From: a virus
Lineage: Duplodnaviria > Caudoviricetes
Strand: one strand, 5' to 3'
Virus record (IMG/VR): IMGVR_UViG_3300043395_000491
Coordinates: 1 to 30,749 of that record
DNA length: 30,749 nucleotides
Below the pieces are notes generated by a model, which saw nothing but the letters and a program-made list of their open reading frames with translations, ran no database searches and was not told the DNA's origin. A program made the translations under genes and the position numbers. Positions 17,018-25,792 of the stretch are shown one piece after another. Each line of letters begins with the position of its first letter. Within the stretch, counting starts at the first letter, position 1.

Positions 17018-19102
17018 CTATAGGGTTGGAAAGGCTGCTGTTGGGCTTGTCGTCACCGTTCTGGCGTAGCCTTTAGTTATTCGCACATCTTGTAAATAAC
17101 CGTTTATTGATGTTGGTTGCGTTGGCTCGCCGCCAATATAAAATGGAACATTTGCCCCTATTGTTAGGCCTGTAACACTTCCCGAAGCAATAGAACTACC
17201 GTTTCTGTATAACGTAAGTGTATTACCGCTTCTAACAGCAGCAACGTAATACCATTGGCCTGTTGTCCAGCCTGTTGTTGAACCTTGTTGTATATCTGCC
17301 GCTCCTGCATTGATATAAAATCTTAATCCAAGCGAAGTATTGTACGTAATAACAAACTCGCCAGAACCTGTAACCCCTGAATCGTTTGTGTTTGAAATTA
17401 TTTGTTGAGCCGTTGCTAAAGAATTTGGATACCACCAAAACTCAATAGTAAAGTCACCAGTGCCAAATTGAGGAAGGATAGACGTTGGAGCTGCCAACCA
17501 ATCCCCATTCCCATCAAACGACATACTACTTCCACCAAACTTACTCTGTGTCGTACTTATCTGAGCATTCCCCACCGTCTCCAAGTCATTCTTACTTGTA
17601 GCATCGTAGATACCGGCGTTGGTGAAGTTGAGTAGTAAGGATGTGGCAGAAGATGCAAAGCTGGTGTTGACGTTGGTTGTGCTTGGGTAAGCCGCTGCTG
17701 ATGTTGAACCATCGTTTGTTATGGGGAGCAATGATGGAGGAGTGAAGTTTCCTGTGTAGACCGCAGTGCCTTTAACAATACGCACACCTGACAAGTATCC
17801 GTTTAGCACACTACTTGCGTTATACCCGTCTCCACCAATTAAAGGTCTTGATGTACCGTTTGTATAATTATTTGAGTCTGTATACGTTGAACCTTCTTGT
17901 ATGCCGTTCAAAAATAATTTAGTTGCTGTTCCAGATCTGCTAAGCGCAACGTGATACCAAGTGCTTGCTAATAAAGAAGTTGTACCTGTTATCCTGTCAG
18001 CGCTGTTTGTATAAAACACAAGTACATTACCAGAGCTTTTGTAAATTGTTGGGTAGAGTCCGTTTGTTGTTGCAGGTCTAGAGTCATATAATAAAACTTG
18101 AGTCCCAGAACTATTTGAATAATGCCAAAACTCAATTGTAAAATCACCTGTTCCAAATTGAAACGCAACATTATTTGAAAGGCTCAAATAATCCCCACTA
18201 CCATCAAAATACCCACTCCCACCATAAGTCGCAGCACTCCAGCTTGCAGTGGGGTTGAATGGGGAGAAGGCGACTACGGTTGGGGAGCCGTTAGGGGTGA
18301 TGGTATACGGACTGCTGCTATTGTCTAGGAAACGATTTGACTGACAAGTCAGTAGTGACGTGTTGGTTATTGCTGTTAATGGGGTCGTTGATGGTGTGAA
18401 GTTGCTAGTGTAAACCGCAGAACCTTTTACAATCCTTAAATTGCTTAGATAACCGTTTAAGTAGAAATCGCTACTTCTAGCGCCGATAATAAATGGCGTT
18501 CCTGTGTAGTTAATACTTGACGGTACTGTTGTTGCGGAGCCTTGCTGCGTACCATTTATAAAGTACCGAAGTGTTGTTCCGCTGCCTTCATAAGTCACTG
18601 CAACATGAGTCCATGTATTTGCAGATACAGCCCCTATGTCAGCCCAAGCAGTTCCATTCCAAATTTGAAGGTTTGTGTTTAGTGCATTTCCTCCAAAAGC
18701 AATCCCATAACCTTGATACGGCGAGCTTATGTTGTAGGCTCTGAGAACAAACGCTGAACCCCCAGTTGATGGGATGCTTGCCGGATAAACCCAAAACTCA
18801 ATTGCAAACGCAGTTGAATTTGAAAGTTGCACAGCAGATGTGGCCGTAAGGCTTAAATAAGCGTTACTACCATTAAAATAATTCCCCCACCCAGTCTGTG
18901 AGAACGGGCTAAACGTACCCTGTGTCGTGTTTCCGTTGCGGGTGATGGTGAAGTTATTGGTAGAACCGTCTAAGAACGTATTGTTCTGTGCGCCATTCGT
19001 ACCGTTGCCAGGAAGAAGTAGCGTGGTGTAAGGATAATAAGGGTCTGTGGTTACCCCACCTGAAAAGATGGACGCAATCATTGCTGTTAAGTTACCAGCC
19101 AT
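17018..19102 (-). CDS. Virion appendage protein with three ConA/LamG-like domains, 694 aa
   Basis: Three repeats of F(T/A)IEFW..W(T/Y)(H/Y)VA..GYLxx(L/V)RIxKG with TSLLT/TSLLL linkers. Confidence 0.85.
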   Translation of the reverse strand: MAGNLTAMIASIFSGGVTTDPYYPYTTLLLPGNGTNGAQNNTFLDGSTNNFTITRNGNTTQGTFSPFSQTGWGNYFNGSNAYLSLTATSAVQLSNSTAFAIEFWVYPASIPSTGGSAFVLRAYNISSPYQGYGIAFGGNALNTNLQIWNGTAWADIGAVSANTWTHVAVTYEGSGTTLRYFINGTQQGSATTVPSSINYTGTPFIIGARSSDFYLNGYLSNLRIVKGSAVYTSNFTPSTTPLTAITNTSLLTCQSNRFLDNSSSPYTITPNGSPTVVAFSPFNPTASWSAATYGGSGYFDGSGDYLSLSNNVAFQFGTGDFTIEFWHYSNSSGTQVLLYDSRPATTNGLYPTIYKSSGNVLVFYTNSADRITGTTSLLASTWYHVALSRSGTATKLFLNGIQEGSTYTDSNNYTNGTSRPLIGGDGYNASSVLNGYLSGVRIVKGTAVYTGNFTPPSLLPITNDGSTSAAAYPSTTNVNTSFASSATSLLLNFTNAGIYDATSKNDLETVGNAQISTTQSKFGGSSMSFDGNGDWLAAPTSILPQFGTGDFTIEFWWYPNSLATAQQIISNTNDSGVTGSGEFVITYNTSLGLRFYINAGAADIQQGSTTGWTTGQWYYVAAVRSGNTLTLYRNGSSIASGSVTGLTIGANVPFYIGGEPTQPTSINGYLQDVRITKGYARTVTTSPTAAFPTL

Positions 19103-19103
19103 A

Positions 19104-19994
19104 TCAGGTCACTCCTGGTCCAGTAACCCACCAAGTATCTGTAGCAACTTTTAACAACGATGCCATACCCTTAGTAGCTACAGTACGGTTTCCAGTAGCA
19201 CCATTAGCTAACTGAAACGTTACACCAGCACCAGAGATCGTTAAGTTACCGCTGTTGTTGTTAAGTACTAGGATTGTAGTTCCTGTAGAAAATGCTACAG
19301 AAGCGTTGGTTGGTACTGTAAGTGTTGCTGTAGAGCCACCAGTGAAATATACGTTTTTACCAGCATCACCAAGCACTAACGTATAAGTAGAACCTGATTG
19401 ACTATTCTGAGGAGAGTTAATAAAGCCTACAGAGTTAGTACCGTCTACTGTACAGTTACTGAGTGTTCCTGAAGTAGGTGTACCAAGTACAGGTGTTGTT
19501 AAGGTTGGTGATGTTGATAACACCACTGAACCTGATCCTGTAGAGGTTGTTACACCAGTACCACCATTAGCAACTGGTAGAGTTCCTGTTACCTGTGTAG
19601 CAAGATTAACAGTTCCAGCAACAGTCTTCATGTTACCATTACTGTCAAACGTACCATCTGTAGTCCAGGTATCGTTAGGCTGTAGTGTAACTTTAGCGAT
19701 CTGTCTTGTTGTTGGTCCTGTTGAATTGTTAAAGGTAACAGTAACAGTCACTGCTGCTGTATCTTTGTTTTGAATGGTTAACCACTTAACAACTCTACGT
19801 GTTGATGCTGATGGAGCAGAAACTAAAGTCACTGCTGTTGTACCATTTAGAGCACCATCATTAGATCCTTCAGTTAAGGATGAAGAAGTGCTATCAGCAT
19901 AAGCAACAGTAAAGTCTGGGTTGCTTGTCGCAGCAGCACCAGACATCACTGCCTGTATTGTTTTGGTTGTACCGTCTAATACTAATGTTGCCAT
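19104..19994 (-). CDS. Fibre/appendage protein, 296 aa
   Basis: Thr/Ser/Gly-rich; GTLPVANGGTG, SPTLTTPVLGTP, YTLVLGDAGK..TVPTNASVAF..LKVATDTWWVTG. Confidence 0.7.
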   Translation of the reverse strand: MATLVLDGTTKTIQAVMSGAAATSNPDFTVAYADSTSSSLTEGSNDGALNGTTAVTLVSAPSASTRRVVKWLTIQNKDTAAVTVTVTFNNSTGPTTRQIAKVTLQPNDTWTTDGTFDSNGNMKTVAGTVNLATQVTGTLPVANGGTGVTTSTGSGSVVLSTSPTLTTPVLGTPTSGTLSNCTVDGTNSVGFINSPQNSQSGSTYTLVLGDAGKNVYFTGGSTATLTVPTNASVAFSTGTTILVLNNNSGNLTISGAGVTFQLANGATGNRTVATKGMASLLKVATDTWWVTGPGVT

Positions 19995-20003
19995 ATCTTA
20001 TCC

Positions 20004-20540
20004 TTAAGATATAAACCAAGCGTAATTGTTTGAACCTGATCCACCACCGCCTCCACCACCTGTACCGTTAGCTGCTGATGTGATACGACCTTGTGCATCA
20101 ACAGTGATGTTAGCGTTGGTGTAAGAGCCTGCTGTAACTGCTGTATTCGCTAAGTTAATGGTTCTGTTAGCGGACAAATCACCACCACCAGATAAACCAG
20201 TACCAGCAGTAATCGTTGTTACTCCTACCGCATAACCAGCCGTAGCGTGATTACCCCATCCATAAGCAGTATCCCAATCAGTTTGCTTTGATGTGGTAGG
20301 GATCGCATAACCAGCCGTGTACGATACTGCTAACGTACCTGCTGATGTTACTGGTGATCCTGTTACAGTTAACCCCGTAGGCACTGTCATAGCTACTGAA
20401 GTTACTGTACCGTTTCCAGACAAAGCAGCGATGTTGCTGAGTGTTGTCTTTACAGTGTTACCGCCTTGTACGATAGGTACAACTTCAGTACCAGCCAATG
20501 CTGATGCATTTGATAGTGCTGATATCTTTACGTCAGCCAT
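20004..20540 (-). CDS. Fibre/appendage protein, 178 aa
   Basis: [10 protein letters not shown]-terminus, [36 protein letters not shown] fibre motifs; poly-Gly linker. Confidence 0.7.
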   Translation of the reverse strand: MADVKISALSNASALAGTEVVPIVQGGNTVKTTLSNIAALSGNGTVTSVAMTVPTGLTVTGSPVTSAGTLAVSYTAGYAIPTTSKQTDWDTAYGWGNHATAGYAVGVTTITAGTGLSGGGDLSANRTINLANTAVTAGSYTNANITVDAQGRITSAANGTGGGGGGGSGSNNYAWFIS

Positions 20541-20542
20541 GT

Positions 20543-21103
20543 CTACTCCATGATAATGTAGTCACCAGCTTCTGTGGTGAGGAAATCACCGTTTTCAGTA
20601 GCCAGGATGTTCGCAACACTAAGCCAACCAAGTAAGTAAGTAAACGAAGCTTTCTTCCATTGTCCGTCTTGTCTAACAAGAAAGTATTCTGGTACAGGGT
20701 CTTCCGTAGCATCAGGTAAACCATCTAGTCCAAACTGCTGTGTATTCTGAATGTATATGTTGTCTTTGGACTTAGAAGTCTGTGGTAACTCACCAGCACT
20801 GACTTCAATACCATTAGACAACTTAAGTACCAGTGAGTTGTCAATGTCAATGTAAGCATCAACAACTGATACACCATCTTTTCCTGGTTTACCGTCTATA
20901 CCATCTTTACCATCAACACCATCTCTACCATCTTTTCCTGGTAATCCATCTTTACCAGGGTTACCTTTATCACCTTTTGGACCTTGTTTACCTTGTGGTC
21001 CTTCTAGTTTACTGATGGTATCTGCTTTAGAGTCTAGCTCACTTACTTTTTTCTTTAATTTACCAACAACAGCAGCTAGCTGTAGTAGTTTTTCCTCATC
21101 CAT
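20543..21103 (-). CDS. Collagen-like protein, 186 aa
   Basis: N-terminal coiled coil, 15 consecutive Gly-X-Y triplets, C-terminal [14 protein letters not shown] motif. Confidence 0.85.
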   Translation of the reverse strand: MDEEKLLQLAAVVGKLKKKVSELDSKADTISKLEGPQGKQGPKGDKGNPGKDGLPGKDGRDGVDGKDGIDGKPGKDGVSVVDAYIDIDNSLVLKLSNGIEVSAGELPQTSKSKDNIYIQNTQQFGLDGLPDATEDPVPEYFLVRQDGQWKKASFTYLLGWLSVANILATENGDFLTTEAGDYIIME

Positions 21104-21105
21104 GA

Positions 21106-23082
21106 TTACTCACCAAGAGCATCGGTAAACTGCTTATCTACCTGCTTTTTAGTCTCCATTTGCATCTTGGCTATGTTTTCATTGCTTTTGATATCTTCTT
21201 CCTTCAACATTAACTCAGCAATCTTGATTCTACGTTGGAATTCACGCTCTGCTGAGTCATCGTTGTTAGGAAGGTTCTGAGTGGCTGCATTAACGATCTT
21301 AGCTCTTACCTCTTCAGGCATTAACTGAGCCTCTATAGACGCTTTCTGAGCCTCTGCTGCTGCTTTCTGTGCTCTGGCTTGCTTTTCCTGTACGGTAGCC
21401 TGTGCATCAGCCAATTGAAGCTGTGTAGCTTGCTGTTGAGCCTGTTGTTGCTCAGGATTTGGCTGTGTTAGTTGCTGAAGTTGCTGTAGTAAGCTCTCAC
21501 GGTTAGGTAATGATGAGTATTCAACGATACCTTGCAGTAATAACGGTACGATAGGACTGTTTGGACCTAGCGTAGACATCATTGCCATCATCTGAGCCTG
21601 TTCAAACTCTCTAGCAACCATCCCTAGCGTACCTGTTGGGATAAATTCAAAGTCTTTTACAGGATAACGGTCAGGAGCAAACTGCATATAACGCCATGCA
21701 GCCTTCTGTACGAACGGAATAAGGAAATCTTCTTGGAAATTCACCAAAGAACGCTTGTTCTTTTTGATGATACCGCTAACAGCCATCGCTAAACCAGCCG
21801 CTGCTGCATCACCACCACTGACTTGAGCAGGTAAGTTAGCTGTATCTAACGTACCTGTAGCCTGTAGCATCATTCTTTCAAAGATTTGAGCTGTTTCGAT
21901 GTTGGATTTGTCCGTAACACCAAACTTAAAGGGTTGTAGGATCTCTGATGGGTTACCATTGACAAGGATATTCTTCCCTGGTTTGATCTCAAACTTCTGT
22001 CCTCGAGGTAATCTAGAGGCATCTATAGCCATCATAGGAGCTGCTGTAAGCCCTAAAGAGTCTACGTGGCTACGAATCTGTGCATCAACAGCCTTTTGCA
22101 TGTTGTATGCCTTCTCAGCCGTTCCACGACCCCAGAAACGACCAGGAACGCTATCAGCTTGGTAGGCAACAACAGGTCTGTCCTGCATCATAAAGGGGTT
22201 TTCTTCAGCTTTGAGTAGATCTTCTCCGTTAGCAATAACGATCAAAGCCTCTACCATCTCTGAATACAACTCATCATCTTCAAAAGATAAGTCATCAGGG
22301 TTATCTAACAACTTCTTAGGTACTAAACCATAGTAACGAAGTAGTAATACCTTATCTGATTGATAGTAAGTTAAGTCTTGATTAGGCTCTAGATCAGTGT
22401 CTAAGGATGCTTCACCGATAGCAACCTTTTTATAAACACCATCTTCCATGCCTTTGATGACTGCATGTCTACCTACATACTCTTCGATAGCACATCCCAT
22501 TGCATCATCAATGGTGGTTGCGTTAGGATCAACAAGGAAGTTACGTGGATTGATAGGTTTTAAGTCTACCGATACTCTATAGTTAGTGTTAACACCAATC
22601 ATAGCCAATCCAGGCTGTGCTGTAGGTTGTGTTGCTGGTGTTAGACTCTTCTTTTGTTTGACAATGACCTCACCGATACCAGTACCGTAGATCTCTGCTA
22701 AGGTCATAATCTGACCAATGTTCTTACGTACTTTATCTTTCTTGAAATCTTCGGACAACAAAGACTTCATCTTCTCAACATCAGTCTTATCCTGATCACT
22801 GATGTCATCACTGATGTCAAAGAATACACCTTTAGCGAACACAGCTTCTTCAAGATCAGCTTGTTTATTATCTACTGCTTGCTGTAGGGCAGGGCTAATA
22901 AGCCTTGAACGCTCAGAATCCCTTGTTTTATCTTCATCAGCATAAAGACCTCGCCAGAGACGCTCATACTCATCCCAGCGATCCATGTAGTTCTCATCCC
23001 TGTAGTTACGCCAATCGTTACAGCGATCCATGACGAAGGCTACTAAGGCATTCTGAGGTGTGATTTCAGATTCAAATTTCAT
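21106..23082 (-). CDS. Portal protein (P22 gp1-like, with Gln-rich C-terminal barrel)
   Basis: About 658 aa directly after TerL; INPRNFLVDPNAT, PGRFWGRG..YNMQKAVDAQIR; start could be 23091 or 23082. Confidence 0.9.
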   Translation of the reverse strand: MKFESEITPQNALVAFVMDRCNDWRNYRDENYMDRWDEYERLWRGLYADEDKTRDSERSRLISPALQQAVDNKQADLEEAVFAKGVFFDISDDISDQDKTDVEKMKSLLSEDFKKDKVRKNIGQIMTLAEIYGTGIGEVIVKQKKSLTPATQPTAQPGLAMIGVNTNYRVSVDLKPINPRNFLVDPNATTIDDAMGCAIEEYVGRHAVIKGMEDGVYKKVAIGEASLDTDLEPNQDLTYYQSDKVLLLRYYGLVPKKLLDNPDDLSFEDDELYSEMVEALIVIANGEDLLKAEENPFMMQDRPVVAYQADSVPGRFWGRGTAEKAYNMQKAVDAQIRSHVDSLGLTAAPMMAIDASRLPRGQKFEIKPGKNILVNGNPSEILQPFKFGVTDKSNIETAQIFERMMLQATGTLDTANLPAQVSGGDAAAAGLAMAVSGIIKKNKRSLVNFQEDFLIPFVQKAAWRYMQFAPDRYPVKDFEFIPTGTLGMVAREFEQAQMMAMMSTLGPNSPIVPLLLQGIVEYSSLPNRESLLQQLQQLTQPNPEQQQAQQQATQLQLADAQATVQEKQARAQKAAAEAQKASIEAQLMPEEVRAKIVNAATQNLPNNDDSAEREFQRRIKIAELMLKEEDIKSNENIAKMQMETKKQVDKQFTDALGE

Positions 23083-23084
23083 TG

Positions 23085-24338
23085 TCACCAACCTATTGTT
23101 GTGTCTAGGACTTCGTACTCTTCTTCATTCAAGTTCTGATTCCAATCTGCTACCTGTATTTGATCAATGTAACTAACAGCATCTATTAAGTCATCATGAG
23201 TCTTGCTATCAGGAAACTGCATCAGTTGGTCTATAAACTTGTTATTCCAATCAGCTTCTTTCAGTACAATCCTACCGTGTTCAAATCGTCCTTGTAGTGA
23301 CCAAACAATCCTATCTGTCTTCTTCTTATTACCGTGTGTTAACTCTTCAATACGAGGATAGTAGTTCAATCTCCTCATCAGATCATTCATGTAAGGCATC
23401 ACTGCATTCTTCAGCGCACCTTTCTCAATCCCTACAGCATTGACTCTGTAGTCCTTAGCAGCCTTTAATATCCTCACTGCTGTTTCTCGGACATCCCATC
23501 TACCATACTGTATGTCAGCTACCCACCAACCTTTAGTGTTAACCTTAACAATGGCTATCGCTGTTTCATCCAACTTAGAGTTTTTCGTCTTATTCGCCTG
23601 AGATGAATCCGTAAAACCACAAAGATCCACCGCAATGAAGTAGTTACCATCTTCAGGTTCTTCGTCAGTAATTTTAATCCATTCATCTTTGAAGATCTCC
23701 GACTGTGCAGCCTCAAACGATGCCATGAACTCTTGTCTGAAAGCAAAGCTAGACATTGATCCTCTAGCAGCTTCAATCTCTTCAGGGTCTAACAATGGAT
23801 TATCAAAGCTAGTGAAGTGCCATGCCTTGTAATGTTGATCCTTACCACTATCACCTAGTTTATACAGTTCATAGAAATGATTTCTACCCATTGGTGTTCC
23901 TATGAACATTGCTCTACCCTTCTGATCCGCTAAAGCAGGTCTAAGGATTTGTTCGAACACCTGTGGTTTCATGTCTGCATACTCATCCATCACTAAGTAT
24001 TTAAGACTAACACCACGCATTGTCTCTGGTCTATCAGCACCTTTTAGCGATATCATTGCTCCATTCACCAACGTAATCTGCATGTTATTTACATGACTAC
24101 CTTTGATGACTGTATGGCCTAGCTCTAACAGCGTAGTCCACATAATATCTCTAGCTTGTCCCTGCGTTGGTGCTACATACCAGATATGACCTTTATCTGA
24201 CTGTAGAGCCTCTATGATCAGTGTCCAAGCTGCTAACCTTGACTTACCTGTACGTCTACCAGCAGCGATGATCTTAAACCTTACAGGGTCTTTGAAGACC
24301 TCTTGCTGCCACGGTAGTAACTTAACTTGTAGATCCAT
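23085..24338 (-). CDS. terL: Terminase large subunit
   Basis: Walker A AGRRTGKS, YVAPT, Walker B LVMDE, GTP coupling motif, nuclease IAVD..HDDLIDA. Confidence 0.97.
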   Translation of the reverse strand: MDLQVKLLPWQQEVFKDPVRFKIIAAGRRTGKSRLAAWTLIIEALQSDKGHIWYVAPTQGQARDIMWTTLLELGHTVIKGSHVNNMQITLVNGAMISLKGADRPETMRGVSLKYLVMDEYADMKPQVFEQILRPALADQKGRAMFIGTPMGRNHFYELYKLGDSGKDQHYKAWHFTSFDNPLLDPEEIEAARGSMSSFAFRQEFMASFEAAQSEIFKDEWIKITDEEPEDGNYFIAVDLCGFTDSSQANKTKNSKLDETAIAIVKVNTKGWWVADIQYGRWDVRETAVRILKAAKDYRVNAVGIEKGALKNAVMPYMNDLMRRLNYYPRIEELTHGNKKKTDRIVWSLQGRFEHGRIVLKEADWNNKFIDQLMQFPDSKTHDDLIDAVSYIDQIQVADWNQNLNEEEYEVLDTTIGW

Positions 24339-24819
24339 CGTCTTCTTCTTCGTAGTCTATCAAGGTAGTTTCTACTTCAACAGGTTCATGTTCAATCATC
24401 TCTACTGGGGTATCATTTACTCCAGTGATGTTGATGGTAATGGCTCTAGAGCCTCCACCAGCACCTTTATCCTCAAAGTAACTTACTGGCAACATCCTAT
24501 CAACACACAGCTTCAGCGCTGCCATCTGATCCTTATCTTCATCATTAAGAGCCTTATGCACTATCTTTCTGATGATAGCCTGTGAGTGTGTCAGCAACAG
24601 TGAAGCTGTTAGTTCTTTAATCCTTGCTGCTTCACCAGGAGGCCTACCTCTTTTAGGTCTCTTAATGTACTTCTGTACTTCTTCCTTCTTAGGTCTTCCT
24701 CTTTTTCTTTTTTTCGCAGGCACTTTCTTTTCTTCATTGACTGCCACAACATCCTGGCTGACCGATGAAGGTAGCGAACAAAGATCAGATATAACTTCAG
24801 TTTTAATTTCGGACATCAC
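24322..24819 (-). CDS. terS: Terminase small subunit (putative) with two AT-hook-like motifs
   Basis: Directly upstream of and overlapping TerL; KRGRPKK and KRGRPP; QMAALKLCVDRMLP; ITINITG strand; GAGGT SD. Confidence 0.75.
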   Translation of the reverse strand: MMSEIKTEVISDLCSLPSSVSQDVVAVNEEKKVPAKKRKRGRPKKEEVQKYIKRPKRGRPPGEAARIKELTASLLLTHSQAIIRKIVHKALNDEDKDQMAALKLCVDRMLPVSYFEDKGAGGGSRAITINITGVNDTPVEMIEHEPVEVETTLIDYEEEDDGSTS

Positions 24820-24969
24820 TACCTCTATATAGTTTCTCTGCCGGAAGGCAGGACTGTAAGGTGTATATAATTTTATGTATCTACAATGTAGTGTATGACG
24901 ATAAGTTATATGTCTACTATTATTTAGTTTTTATACGATGTTTTGTTCATAGCCTACATAGAAGGACTT

Positions 24970-24999
24970 ATTGTAACATACAAATGCTATTGTTGTAAA
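24970..24999 (-). promoter_or_regulatory. Sigma70-type promoter of the packaging/structural arm
   Basis: TTTACA-18 nt-TACAAT with TGn; same architecture as the promoter at 16049-16078. Confidence 0.7.
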
Positions 25000-25029
25000 G
25001 TGTCTTGACTACTACTGTAGGGTTATTGT

Positions 25030-25390
25030 CAGTGCAGACTGTGCTTTAACCAGTGCAGATTCAGTGCAGACTACACAGCAATCAAGGCTTTAGCGGGACT
25101 CCATTAACATGGTGTCATAGGCTCCGCAGAGGCTTTATAGATAACCTATTGATTCTTAAGAGATTTCTTAATAGTAATGGATTATCATTAACAACTTACT
25201 TTTTAGCTTTTTTTGAGGCTATTGTGGTGCTACTACGCTAGAACAACATTGTTACCCCTCCCCCTATGCCGTTTGTCAGCGTAAAACTACCGTCTGTCAG
25301 CTCAGTATCTATAGCGATGTCACTGATGAACGGCATAGTCTAGCCGATGAACGGCATAGTCTAGCTGACAAGTGGTACTTGACAGATGGG
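25030..25390. repeat. Repeat-rich divergence region, probable genome terminus/packaging region
   Basis: CAGTGCAGA x3; two WATCAANNNNTTR matches; T-tracts; CCCCTCCCCC; 21-bp tandem GATGAACGGCATAGTCTAGC(C/T) with inverted related copies. Confidence 0.7.
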
Positions 25391-25428
25391 GAAGACTATG
25401 GTGGTGCCTCTAAAGGGTACTACTGAGC

Positions 25429-25456
25429 TTGCAATCCTCTGCAGTTCAGGCATAAT
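25429..25456 (+). promoter_or_regulatory. Putative early promoter
   Basis: TTGCAA-16 nt-CATAAT upstream of the first plus-strand gene. Confidence 0.5.
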
Positions 25457-25507
25457 GTGCACATGGACGAAGCAATCGCAACGTCAAACAAACCAAGGGG
25501 AACCGAA

Positions 25508-25729
25508 ATGCTAGACTTCATCAAATCACTGATCCTCGTAAACAAGGTCAAGAAAACCACATCAACCCGCTTCGTAACAGCGTACAGCAGGCATGGCAGA
25601 ATCAACGGGATCATCATGAAGCGGGGGATCATCAAAAGCGTAATCAGGGTGCCATACCGTGGCGACGTGACAGTCTACAATACTAACATCGGATTTATCA
25701 GGCATGACAGGGTTACCAGCTTCAAGTAA
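25508..25729 (+). CDS. First early gene, basic 73-aa protein
   Basis: AAGGGG SD then ATG 25508 (MLDFIKSLILVNK..). Confidence 0.75.
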   Translation: MLDFIKSLILVNKVKKTTSTRFVTAYSRHGRINGIIMKRGIIKSVIRVPYRGDVTVYNTNIGFIRHDRVTSFK

Positions 25730-25780
25730 AGTATGCAGTGTATAGTACCTTCAACGAGGGTACTATGCAAAGTAAACTTT
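25728..25780 (+). promoter_or_regulatory. Long intergenic RNA hairpin (RNase III site-like)
   Basis: TGTATAGTACCTTC-AAC-GAGGGTACTATGCA 14-bp stem (two G-U pairs) closed by AAAGT/ACTTT; ends 2 nt before a GGAGGT SD. Confidence 0.6.
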
Positions 25781-25792
25781 ATGGAGGTTATC

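Noticed and set aside
17018-19102. Repeated LamG coding segments as a diversity-generating retroelement TR/VR pair
   Set aside because: Similarity is short and at conserved protein motifs, differences are not adenine-specific, and there is no reverse transcriptase in the window
2122-24832. Numerous plus-strand ORFs in the track within the structural arm (e.g. 2122-2496, 4882-5232, 5487-5864, 7758-8192, 11025-11327, 13200-13514, 21899-22165, 24214-24585)
   Set aside because: Antisense shadows of well-supported minus-strand genes, without SD or protein-like motifs; only 16132-16710 is supported
25325-25366. 21-bp tandem repeat as a mini-CRISPR array
   Set aside because: Repeats are directly adjacent with no unique spacers, and there are no cas genes
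25379-25410. Perfect TTGACA at 25379 as an early promoter
   Set aside because: No acceptable -10 at 16-18 nt; the hexamer is better explained as part of the repeat motif
24820-25500. tRNA, integrase attachment site or phage RNA polymerase promoter series in the non-coding region
   Set aside because: No cloverleaf or T-loop motif, no integrase, and no repeated T7-like 23-bp promoter seen
25733-25792. Longer N-termini in the track for 25733, 25457, 26412, 13528, 10261 and 10911
   Set aside because: Better SD-linked or stop-coupled starts lie downstream (25793, 25508, 26463, 13522, 10252, 10905)
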